DNA from: Hydrolagus colliei
Taxonomy: Eukaryota
Direction of reading: 5' to 3'
Assembly (NCBI GenBank): GCA_035084275.1
Contig: CM068746.1
Location: 23,746,001 to 23,810,000, forward strand
Length of the DNA stretch: 64,000 bases
Shown: positions 63,730 through 64,000 of the stretch, piece by piece
How positions within the stretch are numbered: the stretch's first letter is position 1
Layout: each line of letters begins with the position of its first letter
Translations under genes and position numbers: made by a program
Notes under the pieces: generated by a model
What the model saw: the letters and a program-made list of their open reading frames with translations, nothing else
Told to the model about the DNA's origin: nothing
The model's database searches: none

Positions 63730-64000
63730 TTAATAATAATAAATAATCCTTGCATTTGATACAGCACTTCATCACGTCCTTGAGAAGTCTCGAAGTGCTT
63801 CACAGGATAGTAATACTAATACTTTTTGCGTTTAATACAGCACCTTCTCACGTCTTCGAGGCGCCTTAAAGCGCTTCACAGAATGTACTGTACAGTGGGC
63901 TAAACACTGCAGCCAAAATGTGTATAGCAGTGTCCCACAATCAGTCATGGATTGAGTTGAGTGATCCCATTTATATTTTTTGGAGGGATTACTACCCCCT
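63730..64000 (-). mobile_element. Tandem SINE copies, truncated by window
   Basis: aataatccttgcatttgatacagc...; second copy gcgcttcacagaat...gtcccacaa. Confidence 0.8.

Noticed and set aside
652-64000. Recurrent ~100-bp motif as a CRISPR-like or regulatory array
   Set aside because: Dispersed, on both strands, diverged, with microsatellite tails: ordinary SINE/L2 copies in a vertebrate genome

Overview
Eukaryotic, AT-rich vertebrate genomic DNA. The repeat content (very abundant L2-tailed tRNA-SINEs with (ATT)n/(GTT)n tails, L2 and CR1 LINE 3' fragments) suggests a cartilaginous fish, possibly a chimaera such as Callorhinchus; this is inference. Nearly the whole window is one minus-strand gene, an otogelin-like (OTOGL) inner-ear gel-forming glycoprotein. 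I traced 57 GT-AG coding exons by hand from the start codon (61944) to the window edge (1). All splice phases are compatible and give 7953 nt, or 2651 codons, with no stop in the stretches I translated; the last (cystine-knot) exon runs off the left edge. Domain order: signal peptide, basic propeptide, EGF-like, VWD1-C8-TIL, VWD2-C8-TIL-TIL, VWD3-C8, AbfB-like, TIL, a ~403-aa Thr/Ser/Pro mucin-like exon, VWD4-C8-TIL, Cys-rich VWC-like repeats, CTCK. Introns hold SINEs, L2 and CR1 fragments and one TA-flanked Tc1/mariner (pogo/Tigger-like) MITE. I see no wholly new biological system. The best leads are an OTOGL carrying an OTOG-style mucin domain, three furin sites on consecutive mini-exons, a candidate 6-nt microexon, a candidate exon that would truncate the cystine knot, and a SINE subfamily with a transduced 3' flank. 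All comparisons with human OTOG/OTOGL are from memory and need alignment. Repeat boundaries are approximate.
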